Below, piece by piece: positions 48,918 to 61,200 of a stretch of 64,000 nt of DNA. Numbering within the stretch: the stretch's first letter is position 1; every line of letters begins with the position of its first letter. The notes under the pieces are model-generated. The model ran no database searches. It saw only the letters and a program-made list of their open reading frames with translations, and was not told the DNA's origin. The position numbers and the translations under genes are program-made. Source of the DNA: Aureliella sp. GTDB taxonomy: Bacteria > Planctomycetota > Planctomycetia > Pirellulales > Pirellulaceae. The stretch lies in assembly GCA_963691875.1 (NCBI GenBank), contig OY829846.1:4416001-4480000 (forward strand). Reading direction: 5' to 3'.

Positions 48918-49766
48918 TTAGCTTCGGCGACGTCGCATTAGGCCTAAACCAAACACGCCCGCAAATGCCAGCAGGCTGGAAGGCTCTGGGACGGCGTAGA
49001 AGTAAACATCGCTGTCAGTGACGAAGTCGAATCCGCCAGCTCCACCTTGGCTCTCAAGTGCCCCCTGTAGCTGAAGGTCAGACGATCCAGTCAAGCCTAG
49101 AAAGTTGTGCTTGACAAAAGTTATACTCGAGGTCAGAGCTGTTTGGCTGATAACATCGAAACCTCCGAAGAAGTTCAGTGCATCGAGGTTGTTGGCGTTC
49201 GTCGCGTCATTCGTTCCGCCGGCGAAGTCAGTCGCAGTGCCACTAAATCCTACAGATGCATCAACCCCGAACCGGAAGAGCTCGTCACCTTCAGTGGCGG
49301 ACGCAACACCAGCCGCGACCGTGCTGTTTGTGATGTGCTCGCCCGGGTCAGAAGCAGGGTCCAAATAGGCAATCAACGCTGTGCCATCGACGGCTGTGAT
49401 ACCAGTGTGAGTCGACCAGGTTGCGGCATCTGCACCCGTCAGAACATAGTTTGCAATCGATCCACCAGCCTCAGTCGTAACACCAGTCACTGTCACGAGC
49501 GAAACCGCGGTGATTGCGTCAGTGGTAGGGTCTGCTGAAAAAACGAGGTTATTGGACGCGGCCAATCGAGTTCCTTCGAATTCGATAATTGCCAGTAAGT
49601 GGTCTCCAACATCCAGCGTCCCGTCACCGCCATCTAAAGCGACTTCGTAGTCAACGTCTTCAAGCTTGACGATTTCGTCCTGAAAAATACTTTCCAGAGC
49701 CCCAGCTTGAGCAGAAGTAGGCAATGTGAAAATGGCTAGCAAAGCAGCCAACTTATAAAATTTCAT
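48918..49766 (-). CDS. PEP-CTERM sorting domain protein
   Basis: Signal peptide ending AQA; acidic T/G/A/D-rich body; C-terminal VPEPSSLLAFAGVFGLGLMRRRRS. Confidence 0.93.
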   Translation of the reverse strand: MKFYKLAALLAIFTLPTSAQAGALESIFQDEIVKLEDVDYEVALDGGDGTLDVGDHLLAIIEFEGTRLAASNNLVFSADPTTDAITAVSLVTVTGVTTEAGGSIANYVLTGADAATWSTHTGITAVDGTALIAYLDPASDPGEHITNSTVAAGVASATEGDELFRFGVDASVGFSGTATDFAGGTNDATNANNLDALNFFGGFDVISQTALTSSITFVKHNFLGLTGSSDLQLQGALESQGGAGGFDFVTDSDVYFYAVPEPSSLLAFAGVFGLGLMRRRRS

Positions 49767-49804
49767 CTCTTTAAATTCCAAATAAGAGCTAATAAATCAA
49801 AAGG

Positions 49805-50158
49805 TCAATCCATGGGACTGATGATTGGAATCTTGAGCAGCTCTATCGGAATAGGTTTGACGAAATAGCAATCCTCGGATGCAACATGAGGGTTAGATGC
49901 TTCGTTTATTTCCAATTTGTTTACAGTCGAATAGATCGCCGACACGCTGGATTGGACCTGGGGCGACGACGAAACGACGGTTAAATCGTTGTCCTGCTGA
50001 ATCACTGGGATAGGATCATCAGCCGGAATCTGCATACCTGAAGACGTGTTCTCGCAGGCTTCCCAACCCAAAAGCCCCACCCCTGCAAACGCAATATTCC
50101 CACTGCTTGCTACGAAGAGCAAGAAGAGAAAGCCGCGAATTGTGATTGGGTGGTTCAT
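49805..50158 (-). CDS. small secreted hypothetical protein
   Basis: Signal-like N-terminus (AFA); directly upstream of the PEP-CTERM gene on the same strand. Confidence 0.55.
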   Translation of the reverse strand: MNHPITIRGFLFLLFVASSGNIAFAGVGLLGWEACENTSSGMQIPADDPIPVIQQDNDLTVVSSSPQVQSSVSAIYSTVNKLEINEASNPHVASEDCYFVKPIPIELLKIPIISPMD

Positions 50159-50275
50159 TGAGTCGCTACAGAATGATTCGACGGAAGATCTTAGCGTACT
50201 TGAACGAAACAGATTCTACAATTATTTGGGCTGTTATTTGGCAGATGCCTGGAAATTTTATTACTGGTCATTTGT

Positions 50276-51499
50276 TCAGTGATTGGCCGTGTCTCTGCCT
50301 ACTTCGATTTGATTCAACTTTCTTAGAATCTCTTCGGCGTTGCAAATCCAATTTCGCCTAGTTTCCACTAGTTTCCGTGCGTTTTCACCAAGCCGAATAC
50401 AAAGCAAGTCATCATCAAGGCATTTCTCAAGGCAAATCCGAAGTTCTGCTTCATTCGCTGGAGTGAAAAGCAGGCCGCTCACTTCGTCCTCTAGCAGGTC
50501 GCGAATATTGGGCATATCAGGAGCGATCACGGCAACTCCCATCGCCATATACTCCAGGATCTTCATCGGGCTCGCATAGAAAGTAGCCTTTGGGCTGACC
50601 GCAACATCCATTAACCCCACATAATTGGCGACTTGATGGTGGGAAACACGGCCCGTGATCGTAACCCTGTCCTGAATATTCAGCCGCTTCACAAGCGCTT
50701 TAATGTTGGATTCGCTGGGGCCATCTCCAACAAGCAAAAGATGTACTGAATTTGTGTTCAGTTTGGAAAAGGCGCGGCAGAGCATTTCGACGTCATGCCA
50801 CTCTCTGAGGATCCCCGTAAAGCCGACCACTCTGTGTCCGTCAGCAATGCCTAGTTGTTCCCTTAGGTTTCTCGAATCAGTTTCGATTCTCGATTTGCAG
50901 GTGAAGGTGTCTGGGTTGGCTCCGTTGGGCAATACCGAGATTTTGTTCGACTCGACTTGGTATTCTGCCACCAGATAATCTCTAAGCGGAGTAGAAACCG
51001 CGAAAACATGGTTGGACTCACGGCATAGTGTTCCTTCGCGTGTCGAAGCCATGTCGGAGAACACAAGCCCACGGTCGTGGTTACTTCGCTCGTAAGCCAT
51101 CGGCGAGTTGACCTCCAAAAAAATTGGAGTCCCTGACTGTTTTGCGGCTCGTAAGGCGGCATCACAAAAAGTGTTGTAGCGATCGTAAATCAAGTCAGGC
51201 TTAAATTCGTCAATGGCTTTTCGAAGGCGACGGATAGCGAGGACGTTGTAGCCAAGCTCTGCCAATTCATACCCAATCCTTGGCACCCAATGTTTCACTC
51301 GATGAAGGAAGCCTGGTTGCTTGGCTTGGCCACTTACAGGCTTCGTTTCTTGTGATTCTCCGACCGGTGAGACGACGAGCACTTCATGTCCGAGTTCTCG
51401 GAAAGCCGCGACCATTTCGCGGATATGGATTCCCTCAGCCCCGTCAGCCAAAGTACGGTGGTGGTAGAGAATCCGCAGTCTGTCCTTCGAATCCATCAT
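50276..51499 (-). CDS. glycosyltransferase family 4
   Basis: GAEGIHI..LGHEV, LPNGAN, VGDGP, SPMKILEYMAMG. Confidence 0.9.
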   Translation of the reverse strand: MMDSKDRLRILYHHRTLADGAEGIHIREMVAAFRELGHEVLVVSPVGESQETKPVSGQAKQPGFLHRVKHWVPRIGYELAELGYNVLAIRRLRKAIDEFKPDLIYDRYNTFCDAALRAAKQSGTPIFLEVNSPMAYERSNHDRGLVFSDMASTREGTLCRESNHVFAVSTPLRDYLVAEYQVESNKISVLPNGANPDTFTCKSRIETDSRNLREQLGIADGHRVVGFTGILREWHDVEMLCRAFSKLNTNSVHLLLVGDGPSESNIKALVKRLNIQDRVTITGRVSHHQVANYVGLMDVAVSPKATFYASPMKILEYMAMGVAVIAPDMPNIRDLLEDEVSGLLFTPANEAELRICLEKCLDDDLLCIRLGENARKLVETRRNWICNAEEILRKLNQIEVGRDTANH

Positions 51500-51504
51500 G
51501 GTGT

Positions 51505-52235
51505 CTAAAAGAGGTCCGAAGAAACGTCGCGCAGAGTGGCTACGAGCAGCTCAACTCCTTGCAGCGTATTGTACATTCCGAAGCTAGCTCGCACCGTGGG
51601 GCGCTGACCAAGATTGTGATGTGCCAGCTCAGCGCAGTGGAAGCCACTACGAAGGCAGAGGTTGCCGCGGTTGGTGAGAATGCGTGCTACAGAGTGTGCT
51701 TCCATGCCTTCGACGCGAAAAGAAACAATAGATGTCCTGTCATCCTGGTCGCCAATTGAATTTACTTTGGGAACGTCGGCTAAGCTCTCGAAGAGTGCAA
51801 AACTAAGCTCTTGCTCATGCTTGTGAATTTCATCCTTTCCGATCTCGTCCACGAATTTACAAGTTGCGGCCAATCCAGTGACTCCCTCAAAGGCAGGCGT
51901 ACCTGCATCTAAACGCATTGGTAGTTCTGCGAGCTCAATGTTCGATTCGCTATCACCATACAGCCACCGAGCAGTTGAGGCCTGAGTTGTTCCAGCAATT
52001 CTCGTTTCGCAAACGGCACTCCAGCGGCATCTGGGCCACCAAGTTTATGGCCTGAAAAGCACAGGTATTCACAATCCAATTCTCGCACGTCGAGGCGCTC
52101 ATTTGCTGTCGATTGATTTGCGTCAAGGAGCACTTTCGCTTGCTACTTCACGTAGGCACTAACATGAGTGGCAGGCCCAATCGCTGCATTCAATCGCTGC
52201 ATTGAGTCACCATAGGCACGACTTGAGGTGCTCAT
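51505..52235 (-). pseudogene. SufS-like cysteine desulfurase / class V aminotransferase remnant
   Basis: DANQS, FSGHKLGGP (PLP Lys), AGTP, LRSGFHCA, RASFGMYNT. The N-terminal part is largely missing, with an in-frame TAG at about 52143-52145 and a frameshift near 51950. Confidence 0.85.
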
Positions 52236-52247
52236 TTTGGCAAGTTT

Positions 52248-55200
52248 CTACCAGGGGCGATCAATGTCAGAATCGCCTTGAGTAACGAGCCATCTATCTG
52301 GTTCTAATAAGTCTGCGTTCTTTTCCTTGCCGGTTGCGACAAGGAGGTGTCTTGTCGGTTCGCGCCGAAGAAATCCGCAGTTCTCAAGTGCTTGTTGGAT
52401 GGGCGTATTGATAATATGCATCACGACCGCATGAGCTTCTTTGTCTCGGCAATAGGCTAGAACAGTCTGAATCGCTACATGACAAGTCGAGAGGTCCGTC
52501 GAGGTAACTAGGTCGACAAGATAAGCCCTTCGATAGCCATATGCTCTATCCGGTTCTGCAAACAGCAAAGCTGCAGTAGCGATGAGTTTGCCGTCTACAG
52601 TGATATCAATGCAGCGGTACTCTTGCCCTGGTTGTTCAATGTATTTCCAGTTCAAGAAAGACGCATCACGCACAGTTGCGTTGCCGTAGCAGGAAGCGAC
52701 CCTTTCCCAAAGTTGGTCATGTTTCTCGTCAAATTCCACTACTTCCGAAACGGTCCCAGAAGGGCTGGTATTCGCTTGCATCCATCGTCTTGCATTGGAG
52801 CGCAGCTTCAGCCATGCGGAGGCGACTGGAGTCAGAACACCAGGAAGCTTTCCTTTGAGAACCCGACCCGGATGAATCGGGTACATGTAGGTTTGCAAGG
52901 GCGCAACATTGTGCCAGCCGAGTTTCTCCAAAATCGCGCGCATCTCAGCAGACTGACCAAGGGACAAGTTTAGTGGCATGTCTTCCAGCGACTGCATGAC
53001 CAGCCGAGTTCCAACGCCATGAGATCGATGCGATTCTTGTACCATCGTTTCGACAAACCACGCCGTGGAAACTTCTTGGTCGCCCATCTTGAATCGGACG
53101 AATTGAGCTCCATGGTGGCCGACGATTTCTTCTTCGTCTCTGTACAGCCAGACTCGCGGCTCAGAGTTGATTCGCTTCGCTGACTCCAAATACATCCATT
53201 TCCATCGAGGTTCTATCCAGTCTTTTCTGCGGTGTGGCCAAGCCCTTTGGACAAACTCGAACAGCTTCTGCTCAATATCACTCTTATACCCGATGATTTC
53301 TGAAACTTCCGGTTCAGGTATTTCGCCAGCCAGGGCGTCAGCTAATGCATCAAGATGAGGGTACTCCAAGACTCTTGGAGCCTTTGTGAGTCCTAACTGA
53401 TCCCGAACCCGATTGGCGAACTCAACGGAGCCTAAAGAATCAAGTCCTAGGTCGGCAGGGGCGGTTTGGGATGTATGTTCATCCGTAGGCTTGCGAAGCA
53501 TCTCCCCAAGTTCTTTGCACAGTAAATCGCTCAGAACTCTCTTGCGTTCTAAAGCGTCGACGGATTCTAGAGTGGAGCCCCATGCCGAGGTTTCGTTGGC
53601 GGGCGCCGTTGCCTCTCTGTCGAGCTGGATTTGAGGTAGGATTGCCTCGGCAATTCCATGTATCGAAGGATTTCGGAGTAGTTTGCTTGTGCCTGAGATT
53701 CCTGCCAGGGCTCGCAGTCGAGTTGTCAACTCGGCCGAAGTCAACGAATCCAAGCCAATATCAAACAGGCTTTTGGAAGTATCGATTCCGCTCGGATCAG
53801 AAATACGTAGGAGCCTTGCCACCTCGCCGCGAATCGCATCCTCCAGAATCTGACTTCGCAATTCAACTGCTTGCGATCTAAGTAGCTCAACCCATTCGGC
53901 ATTGCTGCTTGACTTGGCCGCATGCTGATTAGGCGTCGTCCCACCAAGTTTTTCAAGCAAGGGCTTGGGGCGTCGCGATTCGAAGATGGGGCGAAACTGA
54001 TTCCAATCGACATCTGCAATGACAGTCTGGGATGCGGCGGCATGAATCAGCTGAGACATTGTGTCGAGCGTGTCGTGTGGATCTAAGCCGAAGTTTCCGA
54101 TGCGTTCTAGTTCAGCAAGTGATGCGTCGTCTGCCATCCCTCCGCCGGCCCACGGACCAAAGTTGAGGCTAATCGCCCGCAGTCCAGGACTATTCTGAGC
54201 GTGAGCAAGAGCGTCGAGGAAAGAATTGGCCGCGGCGTAAGAAGCTCGGTGAATCGAGCCCCAGATTGCAGAGATTGAAGAGAAGTAAACAACAAGCTTC
54301 AGTTTGTCAGCATCGCATTTGTCACTGAGAAGCTGTGCGCCTCGAACTTTCGCCGAGAGTATTGATTCGATATCCTCCGGGGTGGATTCGGCGAGTGTTT
54401 GAACCTTGTCGATGCCAGCAGCGTGAAAGACGGCGACAATCGATTCACTAGCTGTCGATACACAAAGGTCTACACCGGATGCGGTGCTCACATCAGCGGC
54501 AACAATGTCGACTGTGGTGCCTGATTCCTCGATGCTCGAGATGAACTTCTTCGCCGTTTCTGATGGCTGCCCCGATCTGCTCGCAAGGACCAGACTTTGG
54601 GCTCCCAAGTCCGAAAGCCACTGGGCTATTCTCAGTCCCAAACCTCCGAGTCCTCCTGTGATCAGAATACTGCCTTCGGCGAGGTCCAGGTCCTGCAGCC
54701 AGTCGCCTGGGTTCGGGGCAAGCTCTTTCTCTACAAGTCGCGGTACAAACCGTGTAGCCGCTCGGAGTGCGATCTGGTCTTCATTGGACGGGAATCGAAT
54801 CTCCTGGATGCAGGAACCTATCTGCTGGGGAAGGTCTTCGACATCAACGATCCCGCCCCACCAGTCGCTGTGTTCTAACACTCCTACTCTCGAGAGTCCC
54901 CAAAGACTGGCAGATTGAGGATCTGGAGTTGTACCGGAGGCGGGGACTGCGTTTTCAGTCAGCAACCAAAGCTTCGCTTTACTCTCCGAGACGATAATGG
55001 ACTGCACGAGCTGTGTCGCAGCTTTGACGGCTTGGATATTGCTTTCTGCAACCGAAAGTTCTTCCCTGGACAAAGACGCAAAAACGATTCGGTCAAAACC
55101 TTCAGCAACTAGCTCATCGAGCTGTTTTTGTGAGTTGCAAACAGCGTACTTTGACGAATTCTGCTGGATATTGTGATCATCTGTCTCTATCAGAGCGAAT

Positions 55201-58200
55201 CTCGCTCGAATCGATTGCGAAGCAAGTAGGCCTTCTAATCGGTTAAGAGTCGGAGCATTGTTGGCAAGTATCAGCCAACTCAATTCCTCTAGAGCGTCAG
55301 CTACCGCCGACGTTGCTTTTTCAATCCACTCTATTTCGTAGCACTTGTTCGCCTGGCGCGCCTTCGCTGGGAGTGGAGCTGAGTCTCCGGAGTATCCTTC
55401 TAGCTCTTCAATCCAAACTCGCTGCTTCGCGAATCGATAGCCTGGCACGGAAACTCGCTGTCGTTGATACGGTTTGTCGTATTCCTTCCAGTCAATGTCG
55501 ACCCCCGATGCATAAAGGCGACCGACGCTTTCGGAGATGATTGACCAGTCTTTCTGGCCCCGGCGGGCGCTTGGTAACCACCCGGCGATAGAGTCAGGCA
55601 GGCAACCTCTGCCCATAGCGAGCATCACAGGGTGCGGGCCGATCTCGACGAACTGGTTGATTCCAAGTGCGTCGATTGTTTCCATAGCATCGAGAAAAAG
55701 GACAGGATTACGTGCTTGCTGGAGCCAATACTCCGGCGATGACATCTCTTCCTCAACTTCTTTGCCCGTTGCGGAACTAATGATCTTTTGCGTTGGAGTA
55801 CCCAAGTCGAGTCGGTCCAATACTTTTGCGAAGTCATCCAGCATTGGATCCATCAGGTCTGAATGAAAAGCATGGGATACTGACAGAGTCGTCGTCTTTA
55901 CTTCTTTCTTCTGAAAATGCTCAGCGAGCCTTTCGACCTGCATCTGGGCGCCTGAAACGACCGTTTGTTTGGGGCCATTAATTGCCGCGATCGAAACCTT
56001 CGTTCTCAGCTCAGCAATCGCGGATTCTGCTTGCTCACGCGTACAAGCTAGCGAGCACATGGCACCCCCGGATGGAAGTGCTTGCATCAACTGCCCACGC
56101 GCAGCTACTAGTCTGAGAGCATCTTCCAAAGAGCATCCACCGGCAGTGCAATAGGCGGCTACTTCACCAATGCTGTGTCCCATAGAGACGTCTGGCCGAA
56201 CGCCCCAAGAAGACCAGAGTTCGAATAGCGAATATTGAATGGTGAAAAGGGCGGGTTGAGTGAATCCTGTCTGATGGATCTCATGTTCGCGATCATCGAG
56301 CGCACCTGAGAAAATGACACTTTCAATTGGCTTCGGAAGCAGCTCTGCTAAAGGCTTTGCACAGCGATCAAATGCCTGACGAAATACCGAGTTCGTGGTG
56401 TAGAGATTGCCCAGCATCGTTGGATATTGAGCTCCCTGTCCAGTGAACAAAAAGCCGAGCTGTGGAAATTCGTTGGCCTGATCGGATTCTTTGGTTGACT
56501 GCCGAATAGGAGTGAGTTGCAGCGAGCCAGCTGAATAGTCTGCAACTACACATCCTCGCAGGCTATGGTGATTGCGCCCAATGTTTGCACTGAAGCAGCT
56601 GTTTGCCGCATGCGTTTCATCGGCGGCGAGAAACTGTGTCCAGGCTTCTTCCTGTCGCGCGAGACCCGATTCTGTGTTGGAGGAAAGGGCGACCACATGC
56701 GAGGATCTCTCCTCGGTGAATTGCTCATTGGAAGTGTCTCGCTCAGCCGCAATGTTGGGAGCTTCTTCCAAGATGACATGCACGTTAGTACCGCCAACTC
56801 CAAATGAGTTTACGCCTGCTCGGCGAGGGGTATCGACCACTGCTCCCGATCGAGTTGCAGCAAGTTTCTCCCAGGGACTGGTCTCTGACTGGACGCGAAA
56901 TGGCAATTGGCTGAACGGAATCTGCGGATTCGGCGCTGGCGATGTAATACTTGGAACGAGCGTCTTCTGGTGCAGTTGCAACGCCGCCTTGGCAACACCC
57001 ATCAGACCAGCGCCTGCCTCCAAGTGTCCGACATTGGGTTTTATCGATCCGATTGCACAATCAGGTTGAATTTTGAGGTCGCTATCCTGGAGAGCCGCAT
57101 CACAGTACGCCATCTCAAGCCCGCGCACTTCGATCGGGTCGCCGAGTTCGGTACCAGTTCCGTGAGTCTCGATGTAAGAGATGGTTCTGGGATCGACAGC
57201 CGCATCTTCTAGAGCAGCTCGGGCAGCAACCGATTGAGCTACGGGATTGGGTGCGGTAAATCCAACTGATCCGGCACCAGAACTGATTCCGGTGCCTTTA
57301 ATTACCGAATAGATTCGATCACCGCGCTCGATCGCATCGCTCAAAGATCGAATTGCAAGTGTAACTGCGCCTTCGCCAAGTACCGTTCCGTCAGCGTTGT
57401 CACCAAACGGGACGCAAGTTCCGCTTGGTGAAAGAATTCCAAGTCGCCCCAGTTGAGCGAGACGGTTCGGGTCGATGATAAGATTTACACCGCCCACTAG
57501 AGCAACCTTGCAGTCTCCGCGGCGCAACGAATTGCAGGCGTAGTGAAGGGCGGTGGCAGAAGAAGAACAAGCGGTGTCAATGGATAGACTAGGTCCAGAC
57601 GCTCCTATGATCTGTGAAAGCCGGTTGGCGAGGCTAAAGCCTTCCCAACACCGATAGACTCCTCCTGTTTGAGTGGCAATCGCATTCGCAAAACGGGCGT
57701 AACCTGAATACATGACTCCAACGAAAACACCGACGCTCGCATCGAATTCTAATCCACTAGCACCAGCGTCTTCCAAGGCCCGCCAACCAGATTGAACGAG
57801 CAAACGCAGTTGTGGATCGAGATACTCCGCTTCTCGCGGCGAAATACCAAAGAACTCAGCATCGAACTCTGCCGCATCATCGATGAGCCCAGCAAAATGA
57901 GGGCGGTCGTCTTTAAGAGAACCGACGAAACTCTCACGCGTTCCCGGTACTTGGCGAATTGCACTGTCGCCTTCTGCCAGCAGGTCCCAGAGCTGCTGCG
58001 TCGAGTCGCCTGCAGCGCAATGGACATCGATGCCGACAATCGCAATGTCCGTTGTCGCGTCTGCTTGCGTTGCTCTGACAGTTGGAGCGTGACCGCTGGA
58101 AGTCTGGCTAGAAAGGTTTGCTATTTGTTCAATAATGTCCGAGATACTTCTGTGCTCGAACAACAGTGTCTTGGGGAGCCACGCAAATCGTTTTGTCAGT

Positions 58201-61200
58201 TGAATCGTGATCTCAACGATGCGAAGTGAGTCACATCCAAGGGCGTCGAGGCGATCCTTCTTTTGGATTACCTCAGGAGTGAGTTTTAGCTTTTCCGCGA
58301 ACGCTGAAACTACAATCTGCTCGACTTGCTCCCGATCCTCTGCTTCGGGTATCGCAACCCCAGTCCCTGCGTAGCCCTCGTCTCCGCAGTAGGCAAGCAT
58401 GTCGCTATAACTGGCCAGCCGCGCCCGAATGTGAGCTATTTGTTGCTCTCGTTCGCGCGGAGAGGGACCTTGCTCTCGCGATTCCGACTTCTTGGTTGCA
58501 ACTGGCTCTTTCGATTCAGTTGGAGCATCTGACTTAGAAGGTTCTATTTCAACCTGCAGCTTGAATTCAGAAAGATTTTCTGCGGCAATCTCTCGAATGA
58601 GAGTTTTCGTCGAACAGGGGAGTTCTTCGCTGCAGATCTTGCCTAAGAACATCCGAGCAGGCGTATTTCGCTCAGTCGGACTATGCTTCCAACGAACAAG
58701 GGCAAGACTTTGCTCTTTAGCGAATTTGCCCAATTCAGATGCCATGCGATGTTCGACACCCCGACCGAGTACGCGGCAGCTGAGTAAGAATGTATCGACC
58801 TCTAGTGCATCAGAATCGACGCGTCCGATCATGAATCCGACGAGACCATAGTCTCCAAAGCGGTCGCTAACACGCATCGTGTAGCAAGCGAAGGCCTCGT
58901 CATGCATCAGCTCTTTGAGCTCTGCCTCAGTGCGACGAATCGTGGTGAAATTGAACTGGTTGGTCCGCATCGTCAATTGCGATGCACGCGGCAAGTCCTC
59001 CTCGCTAAGTTCACGCAGATCGGTGTCCAACTCAAGCGAATCAATGAATTCTTGGAAGCTTCCAGCGGACTGTCGCGATTGTTGCCGCTGAAATTCTTCT
59101 TTGTACCGCTGGGTACGTTTCTTGTCTTCGGCCGTGCTAGCGTGCGGGTCGAGTTCCCAAAGGTGGTCAAAGAGATTCCCGGCGTCCGTTTCATCCTGTG
59201 GCCATTGGAGAGTTAGAACTTCAGGGCAGCCGCTGCGGACCTCAGCGCATTCCACTGGATTGTCATCCAGGAAGACAAAACTATCCAACCCTAGATTTAG
59301 ATCTGCTGCTAGCTGCCGAATGTTTTGACTTTTCGGCAGCCAGTTTATTGCTGCCGCCACAATTGTCTGACGGTCTAGTCCAAAATCCTCTCGGGCTTCG
59401 AAGGCAGACCAAACGTCGGCTTCTTCATTTTTCGAGCACAGGCAGATCAGAACCCCACACCCGGCGAGCTCAGTGAGTCGCTGATGGAGCCGATGTTGAA
59501 CGCTGGAAAACTGTAGGCCTTCAGGTCCGACTTCGCCTACGACTCCCGTCCACAGTGTATTGTCGCAATCCAGCACAACGACTTTTATCGGTGCAGCAAG
59601 CCGCCGATGAAAGTGTCTGACTATAAGCGTACTCAAGAAGAAGTAATACGCATTTTGAAAGGGGATGTGAGCAATGTCTTCACGAAGTGCGTCAAAGATG
59701 CCATCTTCGTCTACTGCATAAAGTTTGTGTTGTTTACTTGCGATTTGAATCTGCAGCCCGGGTACATCCAGGAGCTCACCATGAAGCTCGTTCTCGACTT
59801 GCTGTATCTGGGAAGAAGTGAGTTCTTCGGTCGAAGACGAAGGGCATAAAAGCAGCAGTGTTGGAGAAGCGGCATGGGAACGGTGAGTCTTCAGCGCGTG
59901 GATGTGTTCTTGGGTTGTCTCATCGAGCCAATTGGCAAGGTTGCCTGGCTCCAGCTGTTCAGCTGGCATCTCTCGTAACCAATCAGACACACGTAAGAGA
60001 ATGACGGAGCCATTTTTGCTGGTTGAAAGCTGACTACTTGGATCTAGTGCTTGCTGGAGAATCTGCGCGTAGGGTGTTTGCGCAACAGCTAAGTTTGCAT
60101 CGAGTTCGTTTGACCAATCTTTAAAACAGTCTGTGAAGGGATCGATGGTAAAACTGCTGCAAAGTACGATCTCTAAATCAGGGTCTCCAAGCTGGATTCT
60201 TGCCTGCGGAGCGTCCTCTGGGAATTCATCGATAGTCTCTAAGTTGGAATAGCTGGCTGTACCGATGCTTTGAACGATACGCAATGCAGCAGCTTGTGTT
60301 GGAATGGCCCCCATGGCACTAGTCGGAGTGTCATTCCAGGTCGTCTGAAGCTTGGGAGGACGAGCTATGATAAACTTTGTCGCCCGATGCTCTTGAGCAG
60401 CCGTTTTGAGTGAGGCCTCCAAAGCGTTTTTCACTGAGATGTAGTCGGAGAATCCAGCCGGTGTTTCTTTAACAAAAGAAGATGAAATTCCGACCACGTT
60501 GCCTTCGCTGGATGCGATCAATGGCAGGAAGGTAATAAGTGGTGTTTGCGCGAGGGCTATGTTCTGCGCGATGTACTCGATGGAGGCGGCAGCTGTATTG
60601 GATTGCAATTCAGCTGGAATAGGTGGAGCGCAGGCATTGAGAACCAGGTAGTCGAGCTTGCCGTGTTTTTCATGGAGCATTTCCTTGGTGTCCGAGCACC
60701 ACTGAGCGTTCCCGACATCACCTGCAAGGATTTCAGCATTACCACCGTGCTCTTGTATGCTTTCGGCGAGTGCTTGGACCGCCTCGTTCGGGTTCCTGCA
60801 AGCTAGGTAAACGTGGCATTTCGCTGCACCTAATGCAGCGGCTATCTCAGCGCCAAGTCCTCGGCTCGCTCCGCAAACGAGTGCCACTTTTTCAGAGAAG
60901 TCCTGCGATACATGTCCCGAATAAGTACTCGGCTCCGCAGTTGACTGCCGAAAACGAACATAGCTCTGCATCGTCGCGTTGGCGACAGGCTGGCCGTCGA
61001 GGGTTGCAATCTCCAGGCGAGTTTCAAGAATACGAAAGTGCGGGTCATAGCTTTGCGGCACGAGGCGATACGCCAAACGATCGGAGAATTCGGTCTGGGC
61101 TGCAACTGATCCAAACTCGATCCGTAGCTTCGTAAATAGAGAAGACAGTCCCGGCACTTTCATCCCAACGATGAAACTGCAAAGTGCAAGGACTTGCTCC

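Noticed and set aside
45887..49766. ThiF-nitroreductase as a RiPP (azole) maturase with a nearby precursor
   Set aside because: No YcaO and no convincing Cys/Ser/Thr-rich precursor nearby; an N-acyl amino acid synthase in the region explains it better
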